From IMG/VR virus record IMGVR_UViG_3300044730_000851, positions 12,328 to 76,327 of that record: DNA of 64,000 nucleotides; one strand, 5' to 3'. Shown one piece after another: positions 45,688-56,271 of this stretch. A model generated the notes under the pieces. It made no database searches. It was not told the origin of the DNA and worked only from the letters and a program-made list of their open reading frames with translations. Every line of letters begins with the position of its first letter. The first letter of the stretch is position 1. The position numbers and the translations under genes are program-made. The stretch comes from a virus.

Positions 45688-47010
45688 CTAGCCAACGACC
45701 ACGGCGCGGAAGGTGCCCGATGCGTGGAACGTGAGGGTTACGGTGTTGGCGTCGGTGCGGACGATGTCGCACTCAACCTCAGCGAACGTGGAGGCGTCGT
45801 AGACCTGGACGGTCACGTCTCGGTTGCCCAGGCTGTGCGTCAGGGTCTGGGTGACAGGTCCTGTCGTAACCGTGGCTGTGAAGTCCGAGAAGATCTTCTT
45901 GTAGGCCACGACAGTGGTGTCGACTGCCACCGCATCGGCGCTGACCGTGAGGCCGGTGCCGACGACGAGGTCGAGGCGGTTCCCGTCCTTGGTGAGTCCG
46001 TCCCCAGCGGTGATCTGACCGGCGCCCGAGAACTGGACGAAGTCGAGTTCGGTGGTGTCGAGGGTCACAGCGCCGTCGCTGACCAGGACCCATCCGGAGT
46101 CGGCGTTGACGGTGCCTTCCTCGACGAACGTGAACATTCCGGGTCCGACGTTGGCACTGCTGTTAGCGTCAGCGGAACGTGACCACGCACCCGCGGCTAC
46201 GACGTAGATACCGTTATCCGCGGGATCGAACTGATCCTTGACGAGGACGCGGTTTCCAGCCGAAAGGATGACGCCGTCGATCGTCTGGGCACCGCTCAAG
46301 GTGATGGGGTCACCAGTGGTGGCAGCCCGAACGGACAACTTGACGTCGAGGCCCTGGCTGACGGAGTCAACGTAGCCCTTGGTGGCGGCGTCGGTGTCCG
46401 CCTGTGGCTCCGCGAGGTTGGTGATTCGGTTGTCGTTGGCATCGATGTCGGTGTTGGCGGCTGTGGTAAAGGACTGCAGGGTCTTGTCGTCAACGTAGGA
46501 CTTAGTGCTGGCGTCCTGCGGGTTAGTCGGCTCGCCAAGGGAGATGATTTTGAACCCGGAGATGTCCAGGTCGCCGTTGGCCGCCGAGAGGTCGCCGAGT
46601 GAGATGCCCGAGTGCTCGTCCGGACCATGTGCGTGCTTGTGGTCCGATCGGGCGTAATTGGTCGAGGTGCCGTCGACGTTGGTCCCGGTGTTATCGAGGG
46701 CAACCGGAGTACCGAAGTTGCTGACCTGGTCCCAGGACGACCCGTTGTCGTAGTACAGGACCTTGGTATCAGTAGCAAAAAAGAAGCGACCAATCGAACC
46801 CGCAGCGGGCCGCGCGGCGATCGCCGAGGCCACGATCTTTCCTACGGGCTGCCAGGTGGCGCCGTCGTAGACAAAGAGGGTGTCCGACTGCGTGTTGTAG
46901 TAGACATGGCCCTCGCCCCTAGGCGTCGGAGCCGAAGCAAGATTCTGGAACTTGACGTTCTGGATCTCAAGGCCATTGAGATCGATGGGCGTGTAGTACT
47001 TACGGGCCAT
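45688..47010 (-). CDS. Fibre/decoration protein
   Basis: DAATKGYVD, GLDVK.SVRAAT, GNRVLVKDQ...NGIY; C-terminal THSLGNRDVTVQVYD. Confidence 0.75.
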   Translation of the reverse strand: MARKYYTPIDLNGLEIQNVKFQNLASAPTPRGEGHVYYNTQSDTLFVYDGATWQPVGKIVASAIAARPAAGSIGRFFFATDTKVLYYDNGSSWDQVSNFGTPVALDNTGTNVDGTSTNYARSDHKHAHGPDEHSGISLGDLSAANGDLDISGFKIISLGEPTNPQDASTKSYVDDKTLQSFTTAANTDIDANDNRITNLAEPQADTDAATKGYVDSVSQGLDVKLSVRAATTGDPITLSGAQTIDGVILSAGNRVLVKDQFDPADNGIYVVAAGAWSRSADANSSANVGPGMFTFVEEGTVNADSGWVLVSDGAVTLDTTELDFVQFSGAGQITAGDGLTKDGNRLDLVVGTGLTVSADAVAVDTTVVAYKKIFSDFTATVTTGPVTQTLTHSLGNRDVTVQVYDASTFAEVECDIVRTDANTVTLTFHASGTFRAVVVG

Positions 47011-47022
47011 AAGTCAACTCTC

Positions 47023-47301
47023 CTAAGACAGGTACGCGTTTCCGCTGAAAGGTGCCGAGAAAATGACCCGTAGTCGGTACTTGGAGAGATGCTCAATCTC
47101 TCCTTCTGCGATTGACCCCGACGAATCCATTGTCGTGACATTGGGGTAGAAGCCGAGATTGTGCTCGATGTCCCAAGTATTGCTCGAAATTCCTTGGACG
47201 TGGTGGTAAGCGTATGCGGCGGGCAAAGTATTTGCCTCGACGACCGCAATCGTTACGATTTGCTCTTGCTCAACTGTGATGGGGATGCTCTCTTCGGACA
47301 A
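47023..47301 (-). CDS. Small structural protein
   Basis: W.IEHNLGFYPNVT...FSAPFSG.AYLS. Confidence 0.7.
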   Translation of the reverse strand: MSEESIPITVEQEQIVTIAVVEANTLPAAYAYHHVQGISSNTWDIEHNLGFYPNVTTMDSSGSIAEGEIEHLSKYRLRVIFSAPFSGNAYLS

Positions 47302-48420
47302 CTAGACTCCTCCTCGCCAACTCACGGAGTACTGTTCCCAACCGGTCGGTGAGAAGTTGCCCTGCGGCGCCTGCTCCCGAGTGACCTGCCGCTTGCAGAA
47401 GACCGTGCCCGAGATGTACGTCTTGACGTTCTCGGAGTCATTGTTGGCGGTCAACTGAACGTCCCAGTACGCCCGCAGTGGCAGCCTCTTGGTCTGATCC
47501 GGGGTCAGTGACAGGCGAATCTTGCCCTGCGCGGCGTCTTCGATGCTGGTCTCGAACTGTGCCGCGTACACGGCCGACTCTGGGTACAGGCGGATCTGCG
47601 CCAGCGGGGTGAATCCGGTGACGTCGATCGAGAAGTCGAGCACGACACTGTAGGAGTCCCCCTGCGTAAGTACGATGTCGTACCGTCCGGATGCCTCCCC
47701 AACGGGTGTCGTTCCGTATGTAGGAATAGGCAGGAAGAGCCGCTGTGGCTTGGATCGGTCGTCGACCTCCTGCGGCATGTACACGGGAACGTACCTGTTC
47801 GTCATGCGGCTGATCCTGCGGAAGGTGAGGACCTCGATCCGCTCGATGCCGATGTTGAGGGCCTTGCAGAGCGTCTCGTACTGCTGCCTACGCTCGACGA
47901 TCATTTCCATGATCTGGCGATACCGCTCAGACCGGGGGATACCAACCCCGTCCGGGGTGGAGATATCGATGTCGAACGCGGCGTCGGTGGCCAATGTATA
48001 GAGGGCCTGCACCGTACTCAGCAGCGTCAGTGGATACTCTTCGACGGCCGGAAGGTTGGCCAAGGTCAGTACTCGGCCGAACTGGTCCTGTCGGTTATGG
48101 ACGTGCTGCTGAACGGACGTGTCTATGTACGCATCGATCTCGGAGTCTGTAAAGAATCGGTAGTAGGTCCCCTGGACGGTAATCTCAGCACCCTCGGCGG
48201 GAGGGCTGTCCAGTGTGAGCACACCGCTGTGCTCCTCGACCTCGGTGTCGTCGGAGACGTCCACACCGTTGACGAATACCTGTACTGAGGCCCCGTTCAG
48301 CGGAGAGTACGGTATTTCGTATCTCTGCAGACCCGCCGAACGGGTGCCCCAGACGAAGGACTTAGGGGGGTCGTTGAGTTCGGTTCTCACGCGAGAACGC
48401 AGTGCGTCAACCGTTGCCAC
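47302..48420 (-). CDS. Head-tail connector/neck protein with C-terminal BppU-like domain
   Basis: LRSRVRTELND, FFTDSEI, IPRSERY; LTQGD...I.LSL...T...YWDVQ; RBS GGAGG. Confidence 0.7.
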   Translation of the reverse strand: MATVDALRSRVRTELNDPPKSFVWGTRSAGLQRYEIPYSPLNGASVQVFVNGVDVSDDTEVEEHSGVLTLDSPPAEGAEITVQGTYYRFFTDSEIDAYIDTSVQQHVHNRQDQFGRVLTLANLPAVEEYPLTLLSTVQALYTLATDAAFDIDISTPDGVGIPRSERYRQIMEMIVERRQQYETLCKALNIGIERIEVLTFRRISRMTNRYVPVYMPQEVDDRSKPQRLFLPIPTYGTTPVGEASGRYDIVLTQGDSYSVVLDFSIDVTGFTPLAQIRLYPESAVYAAQFETSIEDAAQGKIRLSLTPDQTKRLPLRAYWDVQLTANNDSENVKTYISGTVFCKRQVTREQAPQGNFSPTGWEQYSVSWRGGV

Positions 48421-48483
48421 AAGACCTCCTCGCACCCAGTACCTATAGTGAGGAACTGGGGCGCGGTTGTCTCCCTATAAGAA

Positions 48484-48855
48484 CTACGCGGTGTAGAGGT
48501 AACCCAGGTCTTCGAGATGATCGGCGAGATCAGTGGGGACCTTGTACTTCACACCGGCCTGAAACGAGTAGTCGTTTCCGTAGCCCCAGGTCATCATCTC
48601 GATGTCGGCGACCAGGCGCACGATTCGGGTGTTGTCCGCGAGATCGACGTCGCCGACCTCCACGATCTCGTCCACGACCGTCGTGGGCGCGTCCACCTTT
48701 GGGTCGCGCACCTCGTTCTTGATTGCCACAGCCTCTGCCGCAGCAATTGTGGACAACTCTTCCTGACGAGCCGCCAACTCGTCAGCGTTCTTCTTGATGG
48801 CCCGAGAGCGTGCCACGCCTGTGGCATCGGTGGGCTTGGGACGGGAAATGGCCAC
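48484..48855 (-). CDS. Conserved phage protein following the capsid gene
   Basis: RBS AAGGAG; YSFQAGVKYKVP..LA.HL. Confidence 0.7.
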   Translation of the reverse strand: MAISRPKPTDATGVARSRAIKKNADELAARQEELSTIAAAEAVAIKNEVRDPKVDAPTTVVDEIVEVGDVDLADNTRIVRLVADIEMMTWGYGNDYSFQAGVKYKVPTDLADHLEDLGYLYTA

Positions 48856-48886
48856 GGTGATTCATTCTCCTTGTTCGTAGGTCGAA

Positions 48887-48923
48887 GGGGACGGGAGCAG
48901 CCTTGTGAGCCGCTCCCGCCCCC
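48887..48923 (-). terminator. Hairpin after the major capsid gene
   Basis: GGGGGCGGGAGCGGC-TCACAAG-GCTGCTCCCGTCCCC. Confidence 0.65.
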
Positions 48924-48940
48924 GATAGTGCTGTTTGAAA

Positions 48941-49972
48941 CTAGTTGGTGAGGACCTTGTTGATAGCGATGTCGGTGATGATGCCCTGACCCCAGATGCC
49001 GTACCACGCAATGGCGTGCTCGCGGCCGAAGTCAAGAACGCCGCCGTCGCGCAACTCAACCGGGAGGCTGATGGCGTGACCGAAAGCGTTGTCACCGATC
49101 ATGATCGCCTCGTAGACGTTCGAACCCGCGGTAGCGGTATTGTCAAACGTCGACTCCCACGGAGCCTTGCCGCCCTTGGCGAGGCCGTTGCGGACCTGCG
49201 TCGTCTCAATAAACACGACGTCGTAGAGACGGCCGATCTCACCGAGCATGAAGTTGCCGGGGGCGGCGTACTTCGTGACCTCGATGAACTCGGGAACGTC
49301 GCGCAGACGACGTGACTGGTGCGGGTGCACGAAGCAGACGTAGGTCTCGCCCAGACGCGGGATGTTTCGGGAGGCCAGGGTCTCGACCGAGTCCTTGACA
49401 GCCGCGGTCGTGAGGTAGAAGTCACCCGAGACACCGGTGACACCGGCCTTGGTGCCGACCGTACCTGCGTTGTACCAGTCGTTGACGCCCGAGACGCCGG
49501 AGCGGTCGTAGCCATAGATCTGGCTTGTGGCGCCACCGAGGGTGTCACGCGACTGGTTGTCGAGGTACTGCGCCATGTTGCGACCGAGGAGACGCGAGGC
49601 CGAGGCCATGACGTCGTCGAAGGACGCGTTGAGCAGCAACTCCGAGACAGCAACGGCGTAGCCGTGCTCGGCGACGGTGATCTGGATCTGCTCCGCCGTG
49701 AGGGCGCGCGTGGTCATACGCACACCTTCAGTCAGCGGAGTGTTCTCCGGCTGAAGGTTGATGTAGCGCAGGAAGTTGATCTGCAGACCGGGCGCAACTC
49801 CGAGTTCCGTCTTCTTGACGGCAAACTGCTCGAAGCGCAGGATGGGCATGGCCTGGAAGAGGATTTCCTTCGACCAGATGACCTGGATGGCCTGCGTCAA
49901 CTGGCTGTTGGTGCCAGAGTACGCGGTGGGGGCAGCGGCAAGATTGCCGGTGCCGGTAAGAGCGCTAGCCAT
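48941..49972 (-). CDS. Major capsid protein, N4-gp56 family
   Basis: WSKEILFQAMPILRFEQFA, LTEGV, VHPHQ, GEIGRL, DFGRE; follows scaffold. Confidence 0.92.
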   Translation of the reverse strand: MASALTGTGNLAAAPTAYSGTNSQLTQAIQVIWSKEILFQAMPILRFEQFAVKKTELGVAPGLQINFLRYINLQPENTPLTEGVRMTTRALTAEQIQITVAEHGYAVAVSELLLNASFDDVMASASRLLGRNMAQYLDNQSRDTLGGATSQIYGYDRSGVSGVNDWYNAGTVGTKAGVTGVSGDFYLTTAAVKDSVETLASRNIPRLGETYVCFVHPHQSRRLRDVPEFIEVTKYAAPGNFMLGEIGRLYDVVFIETTQVRNGLAKGGKAPWESTFDNTATAGSNVYEAIMIGDNAFGHAISLPVELRDGGVLDFGREHAIAWYGIWGQGIITDIAINKVLTN

Positions 49973-50010
49973 TCGCTAGTCCTTTCGTAAACGATGGTTT
50001 GGGAATTGAA

Positions 50011-50802
50011 CTAGCCGAACAGTCCACGTCCTCGGCTGGAAGCGCTATCACCAAGCAGCCTTTGTCGGTTCTTCATGTAGTCGGCCATCGACATTCCCCG
50101 AATGTCATCGGGGGTATACATACGGTTGTCCGGGTCGGTATCCAGTGGTCCGGCTGCAGGTGCCGTCACGCGGCTACCTGCCATGTCTCGGCGAGCAGAC
50201 TGCATGGCCTGCTGCGCCGATTCCAGGATACGCTCAGAGCGCTCCCGAAGACTGTTAATGCTTGCGTCAATCTCCTCAAGTGAGGATCCGTCAACCAAGT
50301 CCAGAAGTTCGGGGATGATCGCATCCCGCTCCTGCTCGACGCGCTGCTGACGGTACGACTGCAGTTCCTGGAATCGCTTCTCGGTTTCAAGAAGCGCGAA
50401 CGCGCGCTCGCGCTCCAGCCTTTCGGCCTCCAACTGCGCAGTGAACTCCTGCTCCTTCTTAGAGAGAAGGTCGCGGACCTCCATCTCCTCCTCAGCCTTG
50501 CGGCGAGCCTCGGCCTCAGCCTGGGCAACTGCGGAGGCCTCCTCGACCTCGCGCTGCTCCTTTTCGCGCTTAAGGGCGGAAATCTCTTCCTTCATGCGCT
50601 CCAACTGTGGGTAAACCTTCGACTTCTCCTGTTCGCGGACGCGTGCAAGATCCTCGGCGGTGAAAACCTCGAACTCAGGGGAGTTTGTGGTGGGAGCAAC
50701 TGTCTCGACCACCACGGCACTTGCGGTATTGACGGCAGTGGGCTCCGGCGCGTTGCCAACAGCCTCCGTAGCACCGTCTTGGAACGTCTGGTCTACTGAC
50801 AT
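50011..50802 (-). CDS. Capsid scaffolding protein
   Basis: Coiled coil between portal and capsid; ends MSMADYMKNR..LL. Confidence 0.8.
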   Translation of the reverse strand: MSVDQTFQDGATEAVGNAPEPTAVNTASAVVVETVAPTTNSPEFEVFTAEDLARVREQEKSKVYPQLERMKEEISALKREKEQREVEEASAVAQAEAEARRKAEEEMEVRDLLSKKEQEFTAQLEAERLERERAFALLETEKRFQELQSYRQQRVEQERDAIIPELLDLVDGSSLEEIDASINSLRERSERILESAQQAMQSARRDMAGSRVTAPAAGPLDTDPDNRMYTPDDIRGMSMADYMKNRQRLLGDSASSRGRGLFG

Positions 50803-50931
50803 ATTAGTAACATCCTTTGGCTTGTCGTCCGTGTGCCCGTAGGCGTGACTCAACTGATTGCACGACGTACGTGCACTTAGGTACAGACAACATCAGGCGA
50901 AATGTGTTGTCTCGGTAAAGTGTCGGAGGAT

Positions 50932-52650
50932 TTAGGAGTCAGGGTCAGTGGCGCGGTGCTGGGGGATCTTGGTCCCGTAGGTGTCCACCACCAACTGCTC
51001 GCGGATCTGCTGCTCACCAACCAACTCGCCGAGGGTGCTGGAGTCCGGCATTCCGTCTGCGGGAATCCCGTCGCCGATGACGTTTCCGTCTCCAGTCATC
51101 ATGGGATCCAAAGGAGTTGCCATCCCGTCAGGCCCGGGCATCATGCCCGTAAGGTCCATGATCTGCTTACTGAGTTCAGTCTTCAGTAGAGTCAAAGAGG
51201 CCTCGGCTTTTGCATCTTCCATGAGTTCAGAACGAATCTCGGCCAACTTCTCCTCAGGGAACTCCTCGCCGAGGGTCCTCAGCGCGCCTTCCTTACTTTC
51301 CAGACCCATGCCCATCTTCATGGAGACCTCATTGAGGACAACCAGTTGGTCCAGCGGCAGCGGCGGCGGGAAATGCGTGAAGGTCGTATACGTGATCGGA
51401 TCCTGTGGGTTCAGCACGTCCAACTGAGTGGGCTTAATCGGCCCGTTACGGGTCGGGTCGTAGACGAGCAGTTCCGGCTCTTTGATTGCAATCGTGAGCA
51501 GAACCAGTTCGTTGATCTTCTGTACTCCGGTCCCATACTGGGCTGTCTTCTGGGAGTACCGGTTCATGAGTGGCTGGTACTGGATGGAGAGCGCTACACC
51601 GGAAGTGTTTGAGATCGGCTGCACCTGGCCCAGAGCAGTCTCCGGGATACCCATGATTTCGTGCATCGAACGCTTGAGCACCTCCAGGTACTCAAGGGCT
51701 CCCTTTACCCCGTTCCCGCCGCCCTCCAGGTTGAAGACCTGTGAGTCCTTGGGAAGGCCACCCCACACCTTCTTGGGGCCCTTCTCCAACTGCGATGCCT
51801 TGGCACCCACGATGACGGTTACGGGAGCAGCGTGGTAGTTGATGATGTCGGCGACATCGGTAGCGATCTCGTTGTACTGCCGATTGATAGCGATGATGTC
51901 GTGGGCGTCTGATAGCCCCCACGGAGATCCTGACACCGGAATGTTTGGGATATGGACGACCGGAATAGTCCCCAGGGGGTTAGGTCGGGAGTCGATCAAC
52001 TCGTCGTTGATGTACTCCTCGATGGAGTCGTCGGTAAGGATTTCGGTGTACGTGAAGACCTGACGAGTTCCCTCAAGGCTCGTTCCCCAGTACCGGTACT
52101 TCAATTTGAAACGGAGCAGTCGATCTCGGTCGTGAGGATGGAACTCCGGAAAGCAGAACGACGCATTGAGCGGAAGAATCCTGACGCGGCCGGGATGGCG
52201 ACGACCTGCGGAGTCCACCCACGGTTCTTCGTAGGCGACCTTGACGAAGCAGTCTCCAGATACGGCGCCCTGCTGGCCCATCTCCAGAAGGATCTTCTCT
52301 TTGTCATTGTCTTGCTGCCAGACCCGCTCAAGGATGTCGGGAATGAGAGCCTCAGTCGCCTTGGGAGACCGGAAGGAAATGCCGCGACCGAACGTGAACC
52401 GGTTGAGGTAGTCGACCATGGTGCGGTAGTAGTTCAAGACCACCTGAGGCTCACCGGCCTCACGCTTGTACGCGTAGTGATGGCCCAGGTACATCGCCCA
52501 GTTCAGCGAGTAGCGATTCAGGCGTGGGCCGTGTACCTCGAATTCCTCGTCAGCCAGTTCGACGAGTCCCAGGGGACTGATCGAGATCGTGAGGTCAGAC
52601 GATGCCGCCCGGTACGAGGGAGGTGAGAAATCTACAGTGCCGAGCGCCAC
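50932..52650 (-). CDS. Portal protein (SPP1 gp6-like)
   Basis: NPLGTIPVVHIPN...WGLSD, SNTSGVAL; position after terminase. Confidence 0.9.
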   Translation of the reverse strand: MALGTVDFSPPSYRAASSDLTISISPLGLVELADEEFEVHGPRLNRYSLNWAMYLGHHYAYKREAGEPQVVLNYYRTMVDYLNRFTFGRGISFRSPKATEALIPDILERVWQQDNDKEKILLEMGQQGAVSGDCFVKVAYEEPWVDSAGRRHPGRVRILPLNASFCFPEFHPHDRDRLLRFKLKYRYWGTSLEGTRQVFTYTEILTDDSIEEYINDELIDSRPNPLGTIPVVHIPNIPVSGSPWGLSDAHDIIAINRQYNEIATDVADIINYHAAPVTVIVGAKASQLEKGPKKVWGGLPKDSQVFNLEGGGNGVKGALEYLEVLKRSMHEIMGIPETALGQVQPISNTSGVALSIQYQPLMNRYSQKTAQYGTGVQKINELVLLTIAIKEPELLVYDPTRNGPIKPTQLDVLNPQDPITYTTFTHFPPPLPLDQLVVLNEVSMKMGMGLESKEGALRTLGEEFPEEKLAEIRSELMEDAKAEASLTLLKTELSKQIMDLTGMMPGPDGMATPLDPMMTGDGNVIGDGIPADGMPDSSTLGELVGEQQIREQLVVDTYGTKIPQHRATDPDS

Positions 52651-52689
52651 GTAGACTCCTTCTCACTCAAGACCGTCTGGTGCGCGAAG

Positions 52690-52926
52690 TCAGTCATCGT
52701 CGTCCTTGCGGGAAGTCTTCTTCGCGGTTTTGTTGCGGTCGCTGGCATCTTTGGCACGCTTCTTGGCGGCGGTTACCGACTTCGCGTCGGCGAACTGCCC
52801 TCCGTGATGGACGTACTGCTGATGTACCCAGCGCCCGGCCGGGATAGAAGGCCATTTGCGGAACTTGCCCTTCGCCTGAATGACAAGGCTGTTCCACAGA
52901 CGCTGGTTAAGGGGAACCTGTGACAT
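52690..52926 (-). CDS. Small basic hypothetical protein
   Basis: AKGKF.KWPS...WVHQQY...GG.F. Confidence 0.6.
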   Translation of the reverse strand: MSQVPLNQRLWNSLVIQAKGKFRKWPSIPAGRWVHQQYVHHGGQFADAKSVTAAKKRAKDASDRNKTAKKTSRKDDDD

Positions 52927-52996
52927 CAGCAGTACCTCGCATCGACTGTTCCGTAATCTTCTCGGAACCTATCCCGATTGCGGTGCTGTGTAAGCG

Positions 52997-53404
52997 CTAG
53001 TCCTCGACGACCGTCGGATTCAGACGGTTGTACCGACCACCGCTCCGGACGTCCATCTCGAAGCGAAGTTCGCCCGCATTGGTGAACGCGCCATGAGCGA
53101 AGTTTCCGAGGAAGGTCGGGGCCTCGATCCAGGCCGCCGATCCGACGTGGGCACGCTGGGCCATCGTCTCTTCGGGGTACTTCTCGAAGACGTTTGCGTT
53201 GCGGTTGGGGCGACCCGGGGCAGAGATGTAGCCCTGCATCGCGCCCTTGGCGAACTCCGTGGGGACGTCGGTATCGGTTCCGACGCCCTCCTGGAAGCGC
53301 AGCGGCCCGCGCTCGCCGGGAGCACCCGGGGAGAACTTGCGGTCGTACATCTGCGGCGCGCGCTCCGGGAACATGGGGGCGGGGCCGATGGTGGGAACGG
53401 ACAT
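52997..53404 (-). CDS. Conserved hypothetical (probable virion) protein
   Basis: RGPLRFQEG..TDTDVP...RAHVGSAAW; RBS AGGAG. Confidence 0.7.
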   Translation of the reverse strand: MSVPTIGPAPMFPERAPQMYDRKFSPGAPGERGPLRFQEGVGTDTDVPTEFAKGAMQGYISAPGRPNRNANVFEKYPEETMAQRAHVGSAAWIEAPTFLGNFAHGAFTNAGELRFEMDVRSGGRYNRLNPTVVED

Positions 53405-53434
53405 TCAGACTCCTAAGGTTGAGGTACCTCAGTC

Positions 53435-53791
53435 CTAATGCTGAGGCCTCTCGGGCGAGATGTCAGGATGAACGGCGTCCTCAACTTCTTTGGTCAGGAC
53501 CCGCAGTTGCTGGATCTCCATTCGGAGTTCCTTGACGATCAGGTGTAGATCGCGGTTCTCATTACGGAGGGCCTCGATCTCTTGTCGGGCCTCTTCGAGT
53601 TCCTTACGAACCTCCGTAAGGACGTCCGCAATCGCGTCCACGGCCGCACCGGCGCTGTTGACGACGTTGGAGTGCACGTCTGACTTCTGCTTTGGGCGGG
53701 TCGTGAAGTAAGTGGCTAGCGCAGCAATGGGTGCTGCTAGCAGTCCTACCGCGGCAACAAGGAGCGACGTATCCACAGTAATGGTTTCCAT
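53435..53791 (-). CDS. Membrane-anchored coiled-coil protein, lysis-associated candidate
   Basis: N-terminal TM segment followed by heptads; follows the holin-like gene. Confidence 0.6.
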   Translation of the reverse strand: METITVDTSLLVAAVGLLAAPIAALATYFTTRPKQKSDVHSNVVNSAGAAVDAIADVLTEVRKELEEARQEIEALRNENRDLHLIVKELRMEIQQLRVLTKEVEDAVHPDISPERPQH

Positions 53792-53811
53792 GGCGGGTAC
53801 CTGAGGATCGA

Positions 53812-54030
53812 CTAGTCGGCGTTAATGCCGAAGCGAGGGTCCTTAGGGTCGAGTGCCGAGATGATGATCGGAAGAACTGAGGCGATTCCTGCGGAGACCC
53901 ATGTGCGAAGGTCCGTGGCGTCCACCGAGAAGACGTCTGCGCCGTCTGCGAGAAACAGACCCAAAACGACAGCGAGGAAGACCTTGGCGTATGACCAGGC
54001 CATCCGGGCCCAAGGGGAATCAAGACTCAT
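53812..54030 (-). CDS. Holin-like protein
   Basis: Two TM segments, ends ALDPKDPRFG; RBS GGAGG. Confidence 0.65.
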   Translation of the reverse strand: MSLDSPWARMAWSYAKVFLAVVLGLFLADGADVFSVDATDLRTWVSAGIASVLPIIISALDPKDPRFGINAD

Positions 54031-54090
54031 GCGAACCTCCTGTCGGTTCCTCTATTGTCGAAGAGGTGCTACCGATGCGTCACTGCAAAC

Positions 54091-55650
54091 TCACGCAAAG
54101 AACGGGTTCTCCGAAACCTCTACGTTGGGAAGAGTCAGATCTGCAGTCAGGCTGCACGCAATGGCCAGTGAGTCCACGAAGTCGTCGTGTGCGTGTGCCT
54201 CGTCGGGGGCAGCCACCAACATGTTGGGACCTTTGAAGTTGACCTCAGCATCCGTCATCTGTTGGTAGAACCTCTTCCATGCGCGAAGGCGACGTGTCTT
54301 CGCGTGCGAAGGCCAGCCCACAAGGCGCCGCTGCATGAGTGCCTGAAGGTGTTTCCAACGTTTCGACTGCTCGCTGGGGCTTGACGTGAGAGAGATGACC
54401 TCGGCCCGCGGAAGAAGAATCTTTAGTCGCTGCGCGACCGCGTCGCCGACTCCGTTCGCGTCTACACCCACAGCCAGAATGTCGTAGTTGGATAGGAAGT
54501 TCGTGATTTGGAAGTACTGATCCTCCCAGTCATCTCCCTGTATCTCTAGCCAGTTAAGAACTCGGTGGTCGAAGTACCCAAACTCATCAGGGCGATCCCA
54601 GTCAACCCAGACAACGGTTACGACCGTTGAGTCGGTCTTGCGAGCCGGGTCGATACCGACGACGACCGGGGACCTGAACCATGACTTCACGGTCTCCTGA
54701 GAGGTATCCCCGAGGTCATCCATGAGACTGGATGTGACGAACATGCCGCGTTCGAGAAGCCACTTGCAGTTGTAGGACATTTGGAACTCGTCTGAGTCCT
54801 CACCGATGCGGAGCATCTCCTTGCGGATGAACTTGGCGTAGTTCTCGTTGTACTTTGAGACGTCTCGCCAGTTCCATTCGAAGTGGTTCTGCCGCGCAGC
54901 CCTTCCAGTTTGACGGCGGCGGTTGAGTTGAATGGACCGGTAGAAGTTGTTCTTCGACGTGGTTGGTGTACCTGTTTTGACGAAAGTACCGGCGTAGTAC
55001 GCCAGCATGGGCGCGATGGACTTGACGACCACGAAGTCGTCGGCTTCCTGACACTCGTCGACCACCACCAGGTGGAAGGACTTTGACTCGATCTTGGCCC
55101 GAGGGTTCGCGGTCATCATCGTGAGGGTCGAGCCCGACTTCTTGAGGCGGATCGACTTGGTGACCCCGGGTACGCGCCCCGTTTCGTCATCGATCTCCGG
55201 ATCACCCAGGATCTCCAAGGCTCTCTCGGAGGTCAGTCGCGTCACGGTACGGCCGAAGAGTGTCTCGGCCTGCCCCTCGGTTGGCGCGAAAAGGCCCACC
55301 CAGAATCCGTCCTTGAACTTGCCGAGAAGGTCCGGGTAGATCTGTGCCAGACGGGGCAGCAAGACCATGAGCGTGGCCACAGTGTTGGCGATGGTCTCGG
55401 ACTTGCCGGACTGGCGGGCTGCGAGACCGGTGATCTCTTCTCCGTCCCCGATGATGACGGACTCGATGATGCGCCGGGAGAGTGGTTCTTGATAGGGGTG
55501 TAGAGAGTGCCCGACCAGGACCTCCATGAACTGCATCGTTCGATCGACCAGTTGGTCAACGAAGTCCTTGGACAGTTCGTCTAGAGCCTCCTCAGAGGAC
55601 TCCTGGTCCAGGGTCTCTTCGAGGGCTTCGTCTTCGAGGTCGTTTGTCAT
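54091..55650 (-). CDS. terL: Terminase large subunit
   Basis: LHPYQ, ARQSGKS (Walker A), VVVDECQE (Walker B), GTP, VGIDPA, HDDFVDS. Confidence 0.93.
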   Translation of the reverse strand: MTNDLEDEALEETLDQESSEEALDELSKDFVDQLVDRTMQFMEVLVGHSLHPYQEPLSRRIIESVIIGDGEEITGLAARQSGKSETIANTVATLMVLLPRLAQIYPDLLGKFKDGFWVGLFAPTEGQAETLFGRTVTRLTSERALEILGDPEIDDETGRVPGVTKSIRLKKSGSTLTMMTANPRAKIESKSFHLVVVDECQEADDFVVVKSIAPMLAYYAGTFVKTGTPTTSKNNFYRSIQLNRRRQTGRAARQNHFEWNWRDVSKYNENYAKFIRKEMLRIGEDSDEFQMSYNCKWLLERGMFVTSSLMDDLGDTSQETVKSWFRSPVVVGIDPARKTDSTVVTVVWVDWDRPDEFGYFDHRVLNWLEIQGDDWEDQYFQITNFLSNYDILAVGVDANGVGDAVAQRLKILLPRAEVISLTSSPSEQSKRWKHLQALMQRRLVGWPSHAKTRRLRAWKRFYQQMTDAEVNFKGPNMLVAAPDEAHAHDDFVDSLAIACSLTADLTLPNVEVSENPFFA

Positions 55651-55721
55651 ATCCGTCCGGATGGTGGTCGAGGTGAAGGCCCTCCTAGCCTTCGCCATCC
55701 GGGCGGGACTGTCAGTACAAA

Positions 55722-55994
55722 CTACCGGCCTAGCGCGCCGTACACCTGGCTGTGGGCGACTCCGTAGACCTTGGAAATCGAAACCGGGCTGAGATGTCCA
55801 ACCTTGTTGAGGACCCGCCACTCATCGGTTCGGGACTCGGTAGGCGTGGCCACCGGCTCTTCCATGCACCACGACGAGCAGTAGACTTTGTTTCGGAGCG
55901 CTACCAGCCCGTCTGTCCAACCGATGGTCCTGCGGCAAGAGGCGCATCTGACGCCTAGCGGTTGCGGGGCCCGATTCGGCTTGGCGGTACCCAC
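55722..55994 (-). CDS. Zn-finger/HTH small protein
   Basis: CASC...YCSSWC plus a C-terminal HTH-like segment. Confidence 0.55.
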   Translation of the reverse strand: MGTAKPNRAPQPLGVRCASCRRTIGWTDGLVALRNKVYCSSWCMEEPVATPTESRTDEWRVLNKVGHLSPVSISKVYGVAHSQVYGALGR

Positions 55995-56227
55995 TACAGC
56001 CCCTCGCTTCGGGCGATATCCGTGAGCCCGTTGATGAGCGAGAAGATGGTGTCGGAGTTGAGAGGAAACCAATATCCGCGTCCGTACTCATCAAGGCTGG
56101 GGATGTAATCACGAAGTTCGATCACGCGTACGCCTTCCACCTCCACGATACGGACCCGGCACTCCAGATCTGTCGCTTTCGCGATCGTTTGAACAACCCG
56201 GGCCGATGCTGGATTCTTTGCCATCAC
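55994..56227 (-). CDS. PC4/YdbC-like ssDNA/RNA-binding protein
   Basis: RVRIVEVEGVRVIELRDY...YGRG pattern. Confidence 0.6.
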   Translation of the reverse strand: MMAKNPASARVVQTIAKATDLECRVRIVEVEGVRVIELRDYIPSLDEYGRGYWFPLNSDTIFSLINGLTDIARSEGL

Positions 56228-56271
56228 ATGCTTCCGTCTCGTAGTCGGTATGTTGCTGTTGTGACGAATGC